From assembly GCA_002104945.1 (NCBI GenBank), contig MCFH01000051.1, forward strand, positions 1-64,000: a stretch of DNA of 64,000 nucleotides, given 5' to 3'. This stretch comes from Piromyces finnis finn. Taxonomy: Eukaryota; Fungi; Neocallimastigomycota. Positions 1-12,840 of the stretch are shown one piece after another. The position numbers were made by a program, and so were the translations under genes. The notes below the pieces were generated by a model. The model saw nothing but the letters and a program-made list of their open reading frames with translations. It made no database searches and was not told the origin of the DNA. Position 1 is the first letter of the stretch. Every line of letters begins with the position of its first letter.

Positions 1-3000
1 TAATTCAACGATTTAACTAAATTGTGCAATAAAAATTTCTAATATATATATATATATATATATAATATAATACCTATTTTAATTTTTTTTTTTTTTTTTT
101 TTTTAGAAATAATGCAAATAGTTAAAAATTCTTAGCAAAGTCAATAGTAAAATAATGCTCTATTAATATAATAAAATATTTTTTTTTTAATTTTTGAATT
201 TTCTATTGGATAAAATAAAATAATTTTTTATTTTGTACTACCATATATTTTCGTTATAAATAAGAATTAAATCAAGATATTATATTTGGTATAATTGTTA
301 ATTGTAAAGTTGTAAAGTGTATTATCTATTTATTTATTTTAATATATAATTATATAAAAATAGTAATTCAACAAAATTTATTTTGGTTATGTTTTATTTT
401 AAAGGGAAGATATTATTTTTAATAAGTGTTTTTCTTTTCTTTTTTTTTTTTTTATTTTTTTTTTTATTTTTTTTTATATGACAATAAAATAAATCAATAT
501 TATAAAAATAACTTTACTTTTTATAAATTATTATTTTAATATTTGATATATTAAAAGAAAATGATAATTAGAAATATAAATTATAAATTTAAGTGATTTT
601 TAGTTAAAAATATATTTCATTTAAAATTTATTAAGACGCTATAGTCTGATAAAAAAAGGAAAATTTCAGAATATTAAATTGATAACTTTATCTATTCTGA
701 CTTTCAATTAACTTATTTATAATGTATTAGAGTAATAAACTTTTTTATATTAAACATTTTTTTCATTGATAATAGTTTAACAGTAGATTTATTATCATGA
801 ATTTTATTTTAAGAAAATACTTTTATATAATCGTATTTTTTTTTAAAAATAATTATTTACTCTCTATTTTCCATTTTCCATTTTCCATATAAAACAATAA
901 AAAAAAGTAAAATATTAACTATTAAAATTATACTTTATTTTAAAATTAACAATAAAATATAATACTTAGTTTTTATAAAGGTTAGTAGTGTGCTTTAAAA
1001 ATATTATATGAAATATATCATATAATATATGCCAAGAAATATTTTTTTTTTGAACAGAATTAAAAATTATCATTAAAAATGGTAGAGCTTTCAATTATTT
1101 TCACATTCATATATTTATATTATATTGGTATAATTAATTATTCAATATATTGCTCAAATAATATTTTCTATATATTCAATAATTTATTAAATAAAAAAAA
1201 TTTTAAAGACCATTCTATTTTTAATGTTATAAAATAAATATTATGTTACCTTTATCTTGAATGATATTTAGATGGTATATTAATCATTTTAATTTTCAAA
1301 AATTATCAAAATATAAATATTATTTTATAATTATAATTATTATAATTTAACTTTGAATGTCAAAACCTGATGATAGTATTACAACAAAACCTACACAAAA
1401 TCTATTATTTTTTATATTTCAAAAAGATAATTCTATTTTTATGTAAAGAGAAAAAATTTAAAGTTTTATACTTTTATTTAAATAAAATCATATAGAGTAT
1501 ATATTTATAATAAAATTAATTATTAAATATTTCCAAATATTACAATGACTTTATAGTATGAAGTTATGAAAAGAAAAATTTTTATTTAATATACTTTATT
1601 GAATTATAGATTTATATACTCATTGATTCTTTTTTTTTTTTTTTTTTTTTGAATTTCCTTTGGTTTTATTACTATATTTAGAATCGCCAAGACCAACGCA
1701 TATTAATATTTACTTAAAATCAAAGATGATGATGCTCATATATAGAAGAAAATATGTATTTATGTATTTATTTAGTATTTTCTTAATTACAACTATTTTG
1801 TTAAATAAATAAATATAGAAATGCTATTATGCTATTATTTCTTATTATTATACTTGTACCTACATAAATAATTATTAGATGTTTCTTTTTTCCTAAAACC
1901 AATCTTTTTGTTCTTTTACCACGTTCGTTTTGTTTTATGCCTATAAAAGATCATTTGACCTATAAAATAAACCTAACTCATATTTCTTATTAAACACCAA
2001 TATTTTATGATATGATTCGTTAAACTTATTGTTAATAACCAACTTTAATTTACACTTTTTGTACCTGTGATTCAATGATCATTAAAGTTTTTTAAAATGG
2101 AAATTTTAATTATTAATAAATTTATTTAAAGGTTAGGATTCATTTCTCTACATAATAAAATTATAGGAATTAAAGTTGAAAAACTTAAATATCAACCAAA
2201 ATTTAAAATTCAATAATATTAAGTTGTGGTTGATATTATTGAATAAATTTAATTAAATTTTATAAATGAGGCGTATGATATTTAAACTAAATATATTAAT
2301 TAATGAATCATATGTTTAAATTGTAAATATTAAAAAAAATAATAATATATTAATTCAACATTTAATAATTTGTCTCTTGCTATATGCTATTTATATATTA
2401 CAGACCAGGTTAATTATTCAAATAGACTGGTTAGTTCACATTAAATGAGTAATAAATTATACAGGTCATAATAATAAGAAAAATTAAATTGTCAGACATT
2501 TTTATATCATATTATACATTATAATATAATAGTCATTATAAAATTATTACTTGTTTTATAAATTGTATGTTATGAATGAAAATTAGTTTAATAAGAATTG
2601 TGATGTATGATGTAGTAATAATATATTACCACTTATAAAAAAATGATAATTATAATATATTATTACTCCATCATACATCAAATAAGTGGTATATCACATT
2701 CTATTTAAAATTTAAAAAAGTTTCATTAAATATAGTGGTTAAAACATTTTATTTTTTATTCTATTGAACAATAATAAAAATTATTTTTTTTTTACTTAAA
2801 AAACATAGAAAATAATTTAAACCTATTTCAAAATTATTAGAGTTTAATATTTTAATATTTAGTAAAGAATAATTAATACAATTATATTACTATAGATGCT
2901 ATAGGATTAAAAAAATTAAAAGAATTAATACGTAATATCAACTAAATTATTTTGATATATATTATAAAACTTTAAAGTCATATATAGATATTAATATAAT

Positions 3001-4472
3001 GTTTATAAAGTTTTTTAGCAATATTTTCAAAAGTAATTATATTCCTTTTTTTTATATATACATATATACACTGTAGAATGATAACATAAAAAACAAACAA
3101 ATAAATGACTAATTTGTATATCAAAAATTTATCTAATCATTTTTTACTTCAAGTGATGATATATTGGAATGGTTAATAAAGTGGAGTAAGCATAAAAAAT
3201 GTTACATATTCATTAAAGTTTGTATAAAAATATGTTTTTTGTTTAAAACAAGTCATATTATTCGTCTTTATTTTAAAAAATTAAGATTATCTATATTCAA
3301 TACCATATTTATTTTTTTTTTTAAATGAAGACAACTATCCCTTCACAAAAGTGTAATATAAAAGAAAAAGTATAGAAAAAATAAACTTAAAACGTTGAAT
3401 ATTGAATTTAATAAAATCAATTCTATTGTAAATTATCAAATATATTATATTCAATCTTTAAATATATTTTCAATATACTATTTATATAAGTGAAAGAATT
3501 ATTGTTACATTTAATATTATTGTAATATAATTTATCATTACTAAATTTATATTATAGCATAAAACAATTTATTAAATAATAATTAAAATTACTATTTAAT
3601 TTTTACTTAATAAATTGTATTAAAATATTAATATAATAAATATATTAAAAAAAGAAAGATAAAAAACAAATTAAAAAACAAAAGAGAATTTTATTAATGT
3701 AATAATTAATTATATATATATATAAAACTATAAATAGCATTTCATTTATTCATTTTTAATTATTTATATTTTCTTTTAAAATATAAAATATACCTTTATT
3801 TCCTTTTATTTTTTATATATATTTTTAAAATTTTAAATGTTTATATGTTTATTATCATAATTTCTGTTTGAAGAATTTACTTTTTTTTTTAAAGAAAACT
3901 ATTTTAAATATTTAATAGTATTTTTTTCTATTCGTATTAATCGCATTGCATATTTTATTTTTTTTATAAACATTTTGTAATATTCAAAAAGAAAAAAAAA
4001 ATAATTGATACCATTTTGTGAAAAAAAATCTTAAAAGATATTAATATTAGAAATAATAAATAAAAAAAAAAGTATAAATATTTTGTAAATATTTTAAATA
4101 CATTTTTATTTTTTTCTATATATATAAAAGATAATTGATAATTTACTGACATTAAAACAAGAAATAAAAAAATAAAACTTTGAAAGTTTATATTTTTATT
4201 AGAAAATAAATTAAAGCAAAAGTTAAAAATATAAAACAAACGTTAAATAAAAACCATTTGAAAAAGAAAAGGCATAAGAGTGCTAAACTAATTATAAAAG
4301 GAATAAGAAATAAAATAAAAAAAAAAAAACAAGCAAAAAAACAAAACAAAACAAATAACAGAAAAATAATTTTAAACATTCAAAAATAATAAAAATAAAA
4401 ATAAATCATAATAAAATAAAATAAAAAAAAAATAAATATATTTTTTACAAGAAAAAAAAAAACTACTCAAAA

Positions 4473-4706
4473 ATGAGACAACTTTTCCATAACTTTGACG
4501 GATTTTTTAATAATAATACCATTCAACAACCACAAGTTGAAAAAATGAAGATACCAGAAACGAAAACAACTTATTCGTTTTCATTATTTGGAATAAAAAA
4601 ACAAAATACAGAAATAAAGACAGCTCCAGTACTAAAAACTGAGTCAAAAAATTCAAAGGATAAAACATATTATCCACATAGTGGAATGGGACTTTTCTTT
4701 GTTTAA
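4473..4706 (+). CDS. Candidate small protein (77 aa), unknown function
   Basis: Single-exon ORF with complex, non-homopolymer sequence in an otherwise low-complexity region. The start context (caaaaATG) matches the AAAATG context of VPS60, the PFLs, Amt and the EF-hand gene. No homolog recognised. Confidence 0.55.
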   Translation: MRQLFHNFDGFFNNNTIQQPQVEKMKIPETKTTYSFSLFGIKKQNTEIKTAPVLKTESKNSKDKTYYPHSGMGLFFV

Positions 4707-7622
4707 TTTTTTTTATATACAAATAACTGTACATCTGGAAAATAATTTGTATATACTCGTTCTATCATTTTCTTCTCTTTTCAATTTAAAAGTCATTATC
4801 GTATAATTATTAATTTACCTATAGTCGATAATATTATTATTGATATTATTTTTATTTAGTAAAAGAAATAAAAAAAAAAAAAAAAAAGAAAACAAAATAC
4901 AGAAAAAAATAACAATAATATTAATAAATGCCATATTATTTTTTTTTGTTTTTTATTATATTTATATATATTATAAAAATTGATATTCACATTATTTTTA
5001 TTAAAAAAATGATAAATAATTACATATATTAATATAATAATGATAAAAAAAAAGTTTCAAACCGTATAACACAATAAAAACATTACAACTAAAAGAAAAA
5101 AAAAGTAAAAAAAAAATAAAAAAAAAAAAAAAAACAACTAAAAAATAATGAAAGTTATAATGCTGTTTTACTACTTTGTCGTATTTATTGTAGAATTCCT
5201 TATACATTTAATAAGAAATTTAGTGATATTTTTTTAAAAAAATTGATGTTAAACAAGAATATTATTTAGTTTAATATCTTTAATAATTAACATACTTCTA
5301 CTCTTTTTTATTTTAATGAATACGAGTTTGATATATTTTTTATTTTATGTATTTTGGTATGTATTTTGAATATCAAATTCGATGTAAAATAGCATAAATA
5401 TAAAATATTTATGGGAACTTATTGTACAATAATTCAGATTTTACAGTTTTTTTATTATTCTTTGTATATTATTGCTTGTTTGGAATATTTGAGTTAATTG
5501 TTTAATATAAACTATTTATATTTATATGTATAGATTAAAAACATATATTTTTTATAATACATTAGATCTATATTAAATGTTTTACAAAAAAAAAAAAAAA
5601 AAAAAAAAAAAAAGAAAAAGAAGGAAATCTTTTCTTTCTATGTTTTATTATTCATGAGCTAAAGAGACATACTTATTATATACAAGGATTTTATTAAAAG
5701 TAAAACTTTTTTTTTTTTTTTTTACTATTTTCCTGTAATAAATATAAGAGTCTTACTTTTTGAAAGTGATATAAGAAAAGCAATAAATCTATTTTTTAAT
5801 ATCAAGAGCGCCGATGACATTATATGAAATTTAATAAATGAAATCATTAGAACTCCTAGGCGAGTTTAGTGAACATCACATATCTGATGTTACTTCAATT
5901 AATTTATTAGGTAGAAATATATTTAACAAAGTACAAATTCCAGAGCCCATCAAACTATTATTCATCTTTTTAAAAAGTCTTATATATTTTTATTTACTTT
6001 ATTACTTAGTATATCATAATTTTAAATCATATAAATAAATACAAAAAAGTGTATTTATTTATTTATTTATATTTTCTTTCTTTTCTTTTTTTTTTAATTT
6101 CTTATTATTATTTCTCCTTTAACATATATATACATATTCATTTACTTTATCTTTCTTTAAAAAAAGATTTATTTAAAGTATTATCTAAAAAATCATAAAA
6201 TAAAAAGGAAATGTTTATACCTTTTTTTTTTTTTTTGACTTGTTTTTTTATTTACTTTTATTTATTTATCATTATTATTGTTATTTTATTATTATTATAT
6301 ATATATATATTTATATATATATTTTGTTTTGGTTTTTAAGTTTGGTTTAACCTTAATTGCTATAAAAAAAAAAAAAAAAAACTTTTTCTTCTCAATTTTC
6401 ATTTCTATTTTTGCTTTTTATTCCTTCTTTTATTTTCTAAAAAAGAAAATTTTAAAAGTCAAAATTGAAATAAATTTAAGAGAGAATGAGTTAAAAAAAA
6501 AAGAAAAAAGGAAAAATAAAATAAAATGTATATATAATGAAGATTTTATATATATATATATAAAAAAAGATATTCTTTTATGTATTTACTATACGATTGA
6601 AAAAAAAAAAAAAAAAAATAAAAACAATAAAAATGTAAATATTAATAATAATAGAATTGGATAGAAAATAAAGAATATAACTATATATTTTGATATTAGT
6701 TGAAAATATATTACTGTATTGTATTCTTTTTTTTTTTATTATTATTATAATATTATAAGTTTTTGGTTGGTTAGTTGATTATATGATATATTGAATATTA
6801 ATAATAATAGATAATAATATATATTAATAAATTAAATAAATAAATAAAAAAAGATCTATAAATAATAAAGAAATTAAGGAATATTATATCAAAAAATAAA
6901 AATTCAAAAAATAAATTCAAAAATTATCTATTTTTTTAAGACTAATGAAAAAAAATATAAAAATATCTTCATTTTCTTTTTTCTAAATTAAAACTAAATC
7001 TAAAACATATTAATAAACATATAACTAATAAAGATGATTAATATTATACTGATAATATGTTGATATATTGTTTTATGTATTTTGTAAAAAAAAAAGTTTG
7101 AATTTTTTTTTTTTTTTCATTGATGTACTTATTTCATTAATTGATTATTTCAAGTTTCATATAATAATCTCATTTATTTGTATTTCTATTATAGATATAA
7201 TTTTTGCATTTTAATTATCTTTAATATTTATGGAATTTTAATGAATAAAAAAACTGGATAAAATGATATTTATAGTGCGCTTGTTAATAAAAATTTAATA
7301 ATTGTAGTGTTATTAATAAATATATATTATGTATGGATAATGCATGCTGTTATGCTGTAGGTTTTTTTTTTTTTTTTACTTTTCATAAATAAATAAATTT
7401 ATTACTAATATTATATGTTTGTATTTTTTTGTATAACATAATAAAACGTGGTAAGGTGAAAATATTGAATATTTTTATTAACATATAAATAATTTATACA
7501 TTAATAAAAGTTGGGAGTATAATCTGGAATATGTTGTTTTGATTTACTACTTTGGTATTTTTTTTTTTTTAAAAAAAGAAAATGGTATCTTGTTTATTTT
7601 ATTTATTATATTGCGAATTGAT

Positions 7623-9419
7623 TTAGTCATTCAAATGACTAAAGTTTCTCTCAAATTCGGCTCTTTCTTCTGCTTCTTCTCTTCGACTTCTTTCAATAAT
7701 TTCTTGATTTCTACGAGATACATCAGCATCGACTATTCGTCTATCATTTTCTTTATATATAGAATAGCAAACCATAGCTTCTATACAACTCCAAATCATC
7801 ATTACGGTGAAGAAAAACATAATAACATATTGATAGACCTTTTCTAAAGTAAATGGTGTTTTCTTGGAGTCAATATAATAGTTCATACATGCTAATAAAA
7901 TAAAGAAGAGAAGAGCAACTATACCATAAAAATATGTTGATAATGCAGGTGTTCTAATCATAAATGTCAAAACCTTCCTTTTCTTTATACTTAAAAGGAA
8001 GTCAACTAAAAATATAATATATCCAATAGTTAATGTAATTATAATAGCATAGGAAGCAAATATAAATCTATCATGGCCATCTAAAAAACTTAATATAGAT
8101 GTAACAATTCCAAAAACAGTTAATGCTAGATAACCAATCATAAAGAAGAAAAATCTGATATAAATGTAGGCCTTAAAGTTTATCCATGGCATATGATTTG
8201 CCATATAATTTTTTACTAATTCTGGAGTGAGTACAATATCAAAATCAAAAGAATTGTTATAACGGGGAACAACTAATGGAAGAGGTTCTTCCTTTACTTT
8301 AATAGAAATATCAAAACGCTTTTCAATAGCTTCAATTTCATAGTGTTTAATTTCCATACGACAAATTGGACAATTTTGATTTCTTTCCAACCACTGGGCA
8401 ATGCAGGAATAATGGAATTTGTGCATGCAATGAAGTTTACACTCATAATTATCAATATCTTCTTTTGATGGAGAAACAACAGTTTCATTAGATCCATCCT
8501 TATTGAGATTTTCTATGTCTGTTGGCTTTTGAGTTTCTATAAGACAAATAGCACACGTATTATCATCATCATCATCATCAATAGTTACTTTATGTTCAGC
8601 ATTACAAATATCAGCGGTAGCTTTATCTATTTCATTATTATCAATTTTCTCTTGATCATTAAAAACTGGTGGTACAGATGTAGTATCAGTTAGTCTCTTT
8701 ACATTGGTATTAACAATATCTGATTTTTCTTGCATAGAGAGATCAATATTGCTACGTGGTATTTGGGATTGATCATTATTAACATATGTAAAATCACCAC
8801 CAGAAGTAGTAAGTGAGATACGATTTTCAGCCATTTCAAGTTTTTTCTTTAAATTTTCAGCGTTCAAGTTATTCATTTGCTTATCAATTACAACAAAACT
8901 GTCATTAATGTTATTATTATCTATATCAATTATTTCTTCATCTTCATCATTAATTTCTACAACAATGCTTGAAGTATCAATATCTGATTTTTTATTTGAA
9001 GATAGAGATTTACGCTTATTATCAATAGAGTTTAAATTGGATGGTAATATTTTTGAAGCATTCGATATTGGGGATAAATCAGGAGTATTATCATTTATAT
9101 TATTTTGAAGAGAAATGTTAATATTATTTCCTAAGATTTGATTTTTCATATTTTTAATACTTTCTGATTTTTCTTTACTATTGGAACTGCTTAAATCTGG
9201 ATTAGTAATTTTTAATTGTTTCTTTGGTTTAACATTTTTTTCATTTATGTTTTCATTATCAGTACTTTCTTCTTCGCTGTTGTAATACATAGAACTTGTT
9301 GGAATCGAATAGCTACTAGTATTTATTTTTTCTTTTTCTTCTGAATCCATTGTTTCATAATTATTGTATTTTGGTGTAAATTCAATAATTTCTACATCTG
9401 AAAACGAATTATTCTCCAT
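7623..9419 (-). CDS. RING-H2 E3 ubiquitin ligase-like membrane protein (598 aa, intronless)
   Basis: C3H2C3 motif CAIC-x-CMHKFHYSCIAQWLERNQNCPIC. Long acidic/Asn/Ser-rich N-terminus and about four hydrophobic TM-like segments C-terminal to the RING. Confidence 0.85.
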   Translation of the reverse strand: MENNSFSDVEIIEFTPKYNNYETMDSEEKEKINTSSYSIPTSSMYYNSEEESTDNENINEKNVKPKKQLKITNPDLSSSNSKEKSESIKNMKNQILGNNINISLQNNINDNTPDLSPISNASKILPSNLNSIDNKRKSLSSNKKSDIDTSSIVVEINDEDEEIIDIDNNNINDSFVVIDKQMNNLNAENLKKKLEMAENRISLTTSGGDFTYVNNDQSQIPRSNIDLSMQEKSDIVNTNVKRLTDTTSVPPVFNDQEKIDNNEIDKATADICNAEHKVTIDDDDDDNTCAICLIETQKPTDIENLNKDGSNETVVSPSKEDIDNYECKLHCMHKFHYSCIAQWLERNQNCPICRMEIKHYEIEAIEKRFDISIKVKEEPLPLVVPRYNNSFDFDIVLTPELVKNYMANHMPWINFKAYIYIRFFFFMIGYLALTVFGIVTSILSFLDGHDRFIFASYAIIITLTIGYIIFLVDFLLSIKKRKVLTFMIRTPALSTYFYGIVALLFFILLACMNYYIDSKKTPFTLEKVYQYVIMFFFTVMMIWSCIEAMVCYSIYKENDRRIVDADVSRRNQEIIERSRREEAEERAEFERNFSHLND

Positions 9420-11674
9420 CTCCTTTTATATTTTATGCTATTTAAAAGAATTATTTTTTTTTTGATTTATTATATATTATATATTTTTATAAATTTATTT
9501 ATTTAATAGAGCTGGTAAATTTTATTTTTATTACCAAATAAAAATTTCAATTTTTTTTTTTTTAAATATTGTTTGTGCTTATGCGTATGTATGAAATATA
9601 ATACTACAGTCGAAAAAAAGGATATATATATATATAATAAAATAAAAAACTTTTTAACCAAAAATGTTAAATATATATCGCTTATAATATCTATTTTTTA
9701 ATTTATATAATCCATATATTTCAATACTTTTTATAATAAATATTAGTGTGCGTGTGTATGTTTTTTTTTTTTTTAATTTTTTTTTTCAAAAGAAAAGAAA
9801 AAAGAAAAATGTTTACTGAAGAAAAATAACTTTTTTATATGTTATTTTTTAATTTGTATTTTAAGCTAAAAAAAGTAACATAAAAAAATTATCGTTTTTA
9901 TTCTATTAATTTTTTTATTATAAAAAATAAACTAGAAAATTTTCTTTTTCAAAACGATATTTATTAGAAATATTATGCTTTAAACAAATCAAATATTATT
10001 TTCAACTTAAAATTTAGAAACCAATGCTAAATCTTTTTTTTTCTTTTTTTTCCTTTCTTTTTAAATCTTCATTATATAGTGTCTTTTTTTATTTTATTTC
10101 ATTCTTTTCTTTTCTTTTTTTTTAATTGAAAAAAATATTATTTAATAATAATATTTTATATTTTTTTTTTTTTTTGAAAATTTTTTGTAAAAAGGAAGTT
10201 TTTTTTCTTTTTATTCTCTTGATAATGAAATTTTAATTTAATTAAAATGGAAATATATTAAATATATTACAGTTAATTTATTATTATTTAAAATTTAAAT
10301 TGGAATATAATATTCAACAAATTAAATTTCTTATATAAGAAAGTTTGACAAAACTTTTAATGAAAAATGAAAAATTTATTAGTTGAAAATAAATCATAAC
10401 ATTTCAAAATATTTAAATCATTGTGTTACAATATATTATTCAATTTCCATACTAAATAAACTTCATTAATAATCTATATATTAACAATATAATACAATAT
10501 ATTATCAATATTATAAATTAGATTTAAAATGAAATAAAACTTTTTTTGATAATAAAAAATAAAGATTTATATCTAGGGTCATTTCATATATTAAAATATA
10601 TTGTAATAGGATTATAAATTTATAAACATTTAATATAATTGTTTAATAATTTTAATATAATATACCATATATATTAAATGTAAACCAATATATAACAAAA
10701 TATATTATAATTGAAGAAACAGAAATAAAAAACATATGAAAAACAGAACAAACAATTTCAAGACATAAAAAAAGGTAATTTCATATTTTGTAGTTAAGTA
10801 ATAAAGTAGGAGGAATTAATATTTAAAAAGTAATTGTAAGATTAAAAGCTGATGGAACTTTTATATTATTATGAAAAAGGACTTGTTAGAGTACTATACT
10901 ATTTATTATCCATATTTTATAAATACCATCAAATAAATATAAAATGTCATAAACTTTATAGAACTAAAAAAGGATTGGATGATATCTCCATGTGAATATT
11001 ACATTTCTCTTCTTAATTATCAATTCTTTATCTCCTATTCTCTTAATTTTAACCATTCTTATTTCATTTAATCTATTTTCAATTTAAATATTAATATACA
11101 ATATTAGTATTATTTATCAAAAATTGCGGTGATATAACTTGTATACATTTTGATTTACAATAATGTATTAGCCACTACAAGAAGTAATATATTTTTTATT
11201 CTATTAATAATGCATAATGAGAATTTTAATATTATCACAAAGTATTTTTTTAAAAAAAAAAATCACATATATTAAAATAACAAAGAAAGATAATTTCATT
11301 TTAACATACATTACAAATTTACAAATGCTGAAAATTAAAGTATATTTAATATTTATCTTTCTTCTTTTAGCAATTTATGGTGGAGAGAAGTTAACAAAAT
11401 TTAAGTCACACAAAAGTTTAAAATTTTTATTTGATTAAATTTTAATGCATAACTTTAATTTAAATAATTGCTGTACATGGGAATTATTAATTAGTAATAA
11501 TGATAATATATAAAATGTTTCGTAAGAAAATACTATCATTATTATTATTAATATTATTATAATTATATAATTTTTTTAAAGAAATATCATTTAATTATGT
11601 AATAGGAAAGATTTAAATGATTATTAAACAATTGTAAATTTTTAATCTTAGCTTTCTTTTTATAATTTTATTTA

Positions 11675-11940
11675 TAAAGTATAATGTAATTATTACTTCA
11701 TAAATAGGAGAGTTAGATTACTTATTTCTATAATTTCATTAATAAAGTATAGCGTAATTATTACTATACAAATAATTTTTATAATTTCATTTTATTTTAA
11801 TAAAGTATAGTGTAATTATTACTTTATAAATAGGAAAGAGTAATACTAATTATTTTTATAATTTCATTTTATTTTAATAAAGTATGGTGTAATTATGTAA
11901 TTATTACTTCATACTTCATAATTAGGAAAGAGATAGATTA
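11675..11940. repeat. Degenerate minisatellite, 4 copies of a TAAAGTAT(N)2(C/T)GTAATTAT core
   Basis: The core recurs at 11675, 11743, 11801 and 11878 (spacings 68/58/77 bp), with shared downstream ATAATTTCATT and TAGGA(A/G)AGAG segments. Confidence 0.7.
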
Positions 11941-12840
11941 ATTGACAAATTATTACAAGTACCAAAGAAATAATTAAAATGATTTATTATCTAATTAACA
12001 TTTATAGAAATTAACTTTTATTTTTTTACCATATATTTATATATTATTAAATTTTTACTATTAAAAATGACTTCCTTTTTTAATCTAATAAAAATCTAAC
12101 CCTATAGTTATAACAATAAAATATTGAAAATTGAAAACTCAAAAAATTCATATATTAAATTTATATTAATTATTTGTATTAAAAACTACATTTTTTTATA
12201 TCTAAAAATTTTTAATATATACTATTTCAAAATAATTTTATATATAATGATAACTAAATTAGTATAAATTTTATTTTGCGTCTAATGTATTACATAGTAT
12301 AATTTAGATATTTTATTATTAATCATCAGGGTGTATAATACTTATTATAATAAAGAGTTCTCTATAATAAACAAATTTTTTTATATATTTGAAGTGCTAT
12401 TATTGTGATTACAAATATTCATTAATTATAATAATAGTGATTAAATTTTTTAACTAGTAAATATTTTAAACATTTTTTTTAGTTAAAAAAAAAAAGATTT
12501 TGACCAATAAAAATTTAATAAAAGGATCATACATTAATATAATTAATATGTCTGTAAAAAAGATAAAAAAAAATAAACTTTTTTTATATTGTTCAAATTT
12601 TATTTTTATTGATTCATAATTTATAAATTTATAGTGATAATAATAATAATAACATAATAATAAGATAAAAATCCTTAAAAATTAATAAGATTTATTTTAA
12701 GACTATATAATTTAATATTATTTGTATCTTCATCATAATAATTTAAAAGAATTACAAAGCATAATTATATATTTAAACAATACTAAGTAATAATTTATTA
12801 AAAAATCATTTTATTTTTACAAAAATTAAATTCTTAAAAA

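Noticed and set aside
1850-2100. Possible decayed DDE transposase (minus-strand fragment SFIGIKQNERGKRTKRLVLG, loosely ISXO2-like)
   Set aside because: Too short, bounded by stops, no termini; the resemblance could be chance.
5800-6038. ORF 5838..6038 in a slightly GC-richer patch
   Set aside because: No motif; the C-terminal half is compositional noise; cannot distinguish a relic from random sequence.
3964-6664. Phe/Ile/Lys-rich ORFs 3964..4239, 4188..4379, 4507..4734, 5001..5207 and 6278..6664
   Set aside because: Translations of poly(A)/poly(T) low-complexity DNA or the antisense of the 77-aa ORF.
10730-11000. GC-richer patch with fragments such as KADGT and CHKLYRTKKG, suggesting a transposon relic
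   Set aside because: Multiple stops and frameshifts, no diagnostic motif.
11675-11940. CRISPR-like repeat-spacer array
   Set aside because: Repeats are degenerate, the intervening sequences are related to each other, there are no cas genes, and the context is eukaryotic.
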